Shown here one piece after another: positions 61,206-64,000 of a stretch of DNA of 64,000 nucleotides. The notes beneath the pieces were generated by a model. That model had not been told where the DNA came from. It saw nothing but the letters and a program-made list of their open reading frames with translations, and searched no databases. Source of the DNA: Vulcanimicrobiota bacterium (GTDB lineage: Bacteria > Vulcanimicrobiota > Vulcanimicrobiia > Vulcanimicrobiales > Vulcanimicrobiaceae); the NCBI GenBank assembly GCA_963833095.1, contig CAWHWQ010000001.1, positions 96,001 through 160,000 of the forward strand, read 5' to 3'. A program made the position numbers and the translations under genes. The number at the start of each line of letters is the position of its first letter. Positions within the stretch are counted from its first letter, which is position 1.

Positions 61206-62116
61206 CTAGCCGACCTGCGGATTGAGCTCGCTGATCTTCACCGCGTACTTGTCGTCGACGACGACGACCTCGCCGCGAGCGATCAAGATGTTGTTGACGT
61301 ACAGATCGATCGGTTCGGCCGCAAGCTTGTCGAGCTCGAAGACGCTGCCCGATTGCAGCGAGACGACCTCGCGCAGCGGCATGACGGTCTTGCCGAGCAC
61401 CGCGCTGATCTGCAGCGGCACGTCGTGAACCAGGTCGAGATTCGCCTGGCCGGGTTGCGCGGCGCGCACCGGGGTCGGCTGCATCGGCGTGTAGGCGACG
61501 TTCTGCGCGTCCGGGCGCGCGGCGCCGGGCGTTTCGACGCCGGTCCCGCTGCGGCGGGTTCGGCTTCGGCGCGTCTTGGCGGCTGCGCTGGCATTCGACC
61601 TTATCGATGCCGAGCTTCGAGAGCGTGATCGCCGCGAAGTCGATGCTGACGCGCGGGTGCAGGTCGCTCGCCGACTTGAATCTTGCCGTCGTACGACTCG
61701 AACGGCGGCGGCGGAAGCAGCGTCGGCGTCGGTGCAGAGTTCGGCGCGGACGCCGCTCGGCCGAAATGCCGAGTTCGCTGCGCCAGTTGCTTCGACCATC
61801 GCCGTCGCGATCTGCGAGACCGTTTCCGAAGCGATCGAAAGCTGCATCGGCCCCATCTCGGCCAAATCGTCGCCTCCGCCCAGCATCACGCCGACGATTG
61901 CCTGCATGTCGGCCGTCGGAAAGCGGACGACGAGCTTGTGCGCCGAGCGACGGAATGATCGCTAGCGAAACGAGTTCGTCGCCGTCGGTGCGGATCGAGC
62001 CTTCGTGATCGTTGCGCGTCGAGGCCCGCGCGGCTCGCCGGCTGCTCCACCAGCCGGCCGAGGACCGTGCCGGCCGCGGCCAGCATCGAGTCGGCAAGCT
62101 GTTGTATATCGGGCAT
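61206..62116 (-). CDS. fliN: Flagellar switch protein FliN/FliY-like (frameshifted)
   Basis: C-terminal SpoA domain DVPLQISAVLG..IARGEVVVVDD with CheC-like N-part. Confidence 0.8.
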
Positions 62117-63123
62117 TACGCTATCTCCGTCCTCGTCTCGTATTCGAACGTGTGACTACTTGACACCGTCAACTGATCTTTGTTGAGGCCCGGGAACACG
62201 CGGAACTTCTCGCTTTCGTTGACCTTGGCCAGCAGCGGCTCGTTGGTCGGTTTATCGAAGACGACCACGTCGCCTTCCTGCAGCGCGACCAGATCGCGCA
62301 GCGAGACCATCGTCCGGCCCAGCTCGACTTCGATCTCGACCCCGGCGCGCTCGACGTTTCGCGTCAATTGCGGATATCTTCTTCGGTCATGCCGCGGCCG
62401 GCGATGACCGTCGGCGACCACTGGAAATCGGTGAGCTGCTGCCCGATCGACTGCAGCACGAGATAGGGAAGGCAGAAGTTCATCACGCCGGCCATGTCGC
62501 CGATCTTGAGCTCCATCGAGATGTAGGCGACGATTTGGTCGAGCGGGATGATGCGCGGAATGAACTGCGGGTTCGAATCGAGCGCTTCGATCTTCAGCGA
62601 GAGCGTCAGCAGGTAGTTCCACGACTCGCGATAGCTGTTGAGCATGCGCGCCATGAAGCGCTGCATCAGCGTCCGCTCGATGTCGGTCAGGTCGCGCAGC
62701 TTGTTCGGGAACCAGCCCGGGCCGCCGAGCAGGCGGTCGATGATCGAGAAGACCAGGTTGAGGTCGACCTGCACGATGCCGCTGCCGGGCAGCGGGTCCA
62801 TCGAGAAGATCGCCAAGGATCGACGGGATGCCGATCGAGGCGATGAAGTCGCCGTAACTGATCTGCTCGATCGAGACGATCGTCGCCTCGACGCGCGTCC
62901 GCAGGTAAACCGAGAGCGAGTTGTTCAGCAGGCGGGTGAAGTTCTCGTGCAGCGTGCGCAGCGTCTGCAGCTGGTTGTTGGTGAACTTATCGAGCCGCTT
63001 GTTGAAAGCGGAAATCGAACGACTTGACCCTGCGTCCGTCGATCGCTTCTTTGCCGGCGCTTACCTTCGGCCGGAGAGTTGATTGATGAGCGCATCGATT
63101 TCTTCTTGTGAAAGGCTCGACAC
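62116..63123 (-). CDS. fliM: Flagellar switch protein FliM (frameshifted)
   Basis: LSQEEIDAL N-terminus, IDRLLGG, LTDIE, NPQF. Confidence 0.92.
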
Positions 63124-63920
63124 TGCGTTCTCGCTCGGACCTTTCCCGGCGTTGCCCGGTGCTACGCTACCGTTCAGCAGCACGATATCGACGCGGCGGT
63201 TCTGCTGGCGGTCTCGTCCGTGTCGTTCGGCTTGCGCGGCCGGAACTCTCCATAGCCGGCCGCCGAAACGCGCGTTGGGTCGAGGCCGTCGTGCTCCACC
63301 AGGTACCGCACGACGCCGACCGCTCGCGGCCTCGAGAGTTCCCAGTTGGTCGGGTACTCGGTACGTCGAGATCGGCACGTTGTCGGTGTTGCCCTCGACG
63401 CGAATCAGTTGCTTGTTCTTCTTGAGCAGCTGCGTCGATGCCGTCGAGAATCGTTAGCGTCGTCCGGGCGCAGCTCGGCGCTGCCGCTGTCGTAGAACGA
63501 CTTGTCGGACAGCAGCGTGATCACCAGCCCGCGCGCTGATCCGATGTGCACCTGAACTTGCTTCTGCGAGGTGATTCTCTTTGAACGTACTTCTCGCAGC
63601 TGCTTTCTGGATCGCCGGCACGCTGAACTGGCATCGAAGGATTGGCTCGTCGTTCGTGCCGCCGTTGGGCGGCTGGTTGACCGTCCACGAGTTGTTGAAG
63701 CCCGCCGAAACGAGACTTCGCGAACTGCCTGCACCTTCACGCGGCTGATCGTCGACATCGCGAAGAGGATGATGAACAGCGCCAACATGAGCGTGATCAT
63801 GTCGGCGTACGTCAGCAGCCAGCGCATCATGCCGGCCGTCTCGAGGTCTGTTCCTTCTGACGGCTTGCGCGAACGTTCGATTCGGCGGCCCGCGCCGCGC
63901 GTCTTGACCGGTTGGGCCAT
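63120..63920 (-). CDS. motB: Flagellar stator MotB (frameshifted; 3' end approximate)
   Basis: WLLTYADMITLMLALF, NRRVDIV. Confidence 0.9.
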
Positions 63921-64000
63921 CAGTGGCTACGCGCGCGCTTCCATTATGCCGCCGACGCGGAGAAGCCGGCTTCGCCGGCGACGTGTCCGCCCTCTTCGAT

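Noticed and set aside
58900..64000. Decay of flagellar genes
   Set aside because: Same indel pattern; adjacent flhA, flhB and che genes are intact
63920..64000. motA 3' end
   Set aside because: Plausible by position but too short and error-prone to support

Overview
High-GC chromosomal window, mostly core genes, from a diderm 'Terrabacteria'-type bacterium. TonB receptors co-occur with a Bacillus-like RpoB, a GAAC-N4-GTTC LexA box and CheC-type chemotaxis; Eremiobacterota/Vulcanimicrobiota-like is my inference, not a database result. It holds a stand-alone rpoB with a long acidic tail, TonB receptors, a two-component system, glycosyltransferases, tRNA-Pro, HU, aroQ, hslO, tyrS, mutS2, gatCAB, an rlmD-like gene, a LexA-boxed imuA-imuB-dnaE2 mutagenesis cassette, and a flagellar/chemotaxis cluster. 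Segments at about 16.0-17.3 kb, 30.1-40.1 kb and 58.9-64 kb are full of frameshifts that are most likely assembly indel errors. The most unusual region is 43.6-48.5 kb. There the mutasome operon carries an extra T5orf172/GIY-YIG-like nuclease gene, a synonymously diverged duplicate of the imuB 3' end, and a 280-bp multi-arm inverted-repeat element over the dnaE2 start. It also has a 237-bp palindromic element inserted in frame in dnaE2 and a 46-bp inverted repeat pair bracketing imuA-imuB'. Related structured repeats with compensatory base changes recur elsewhere in the window.
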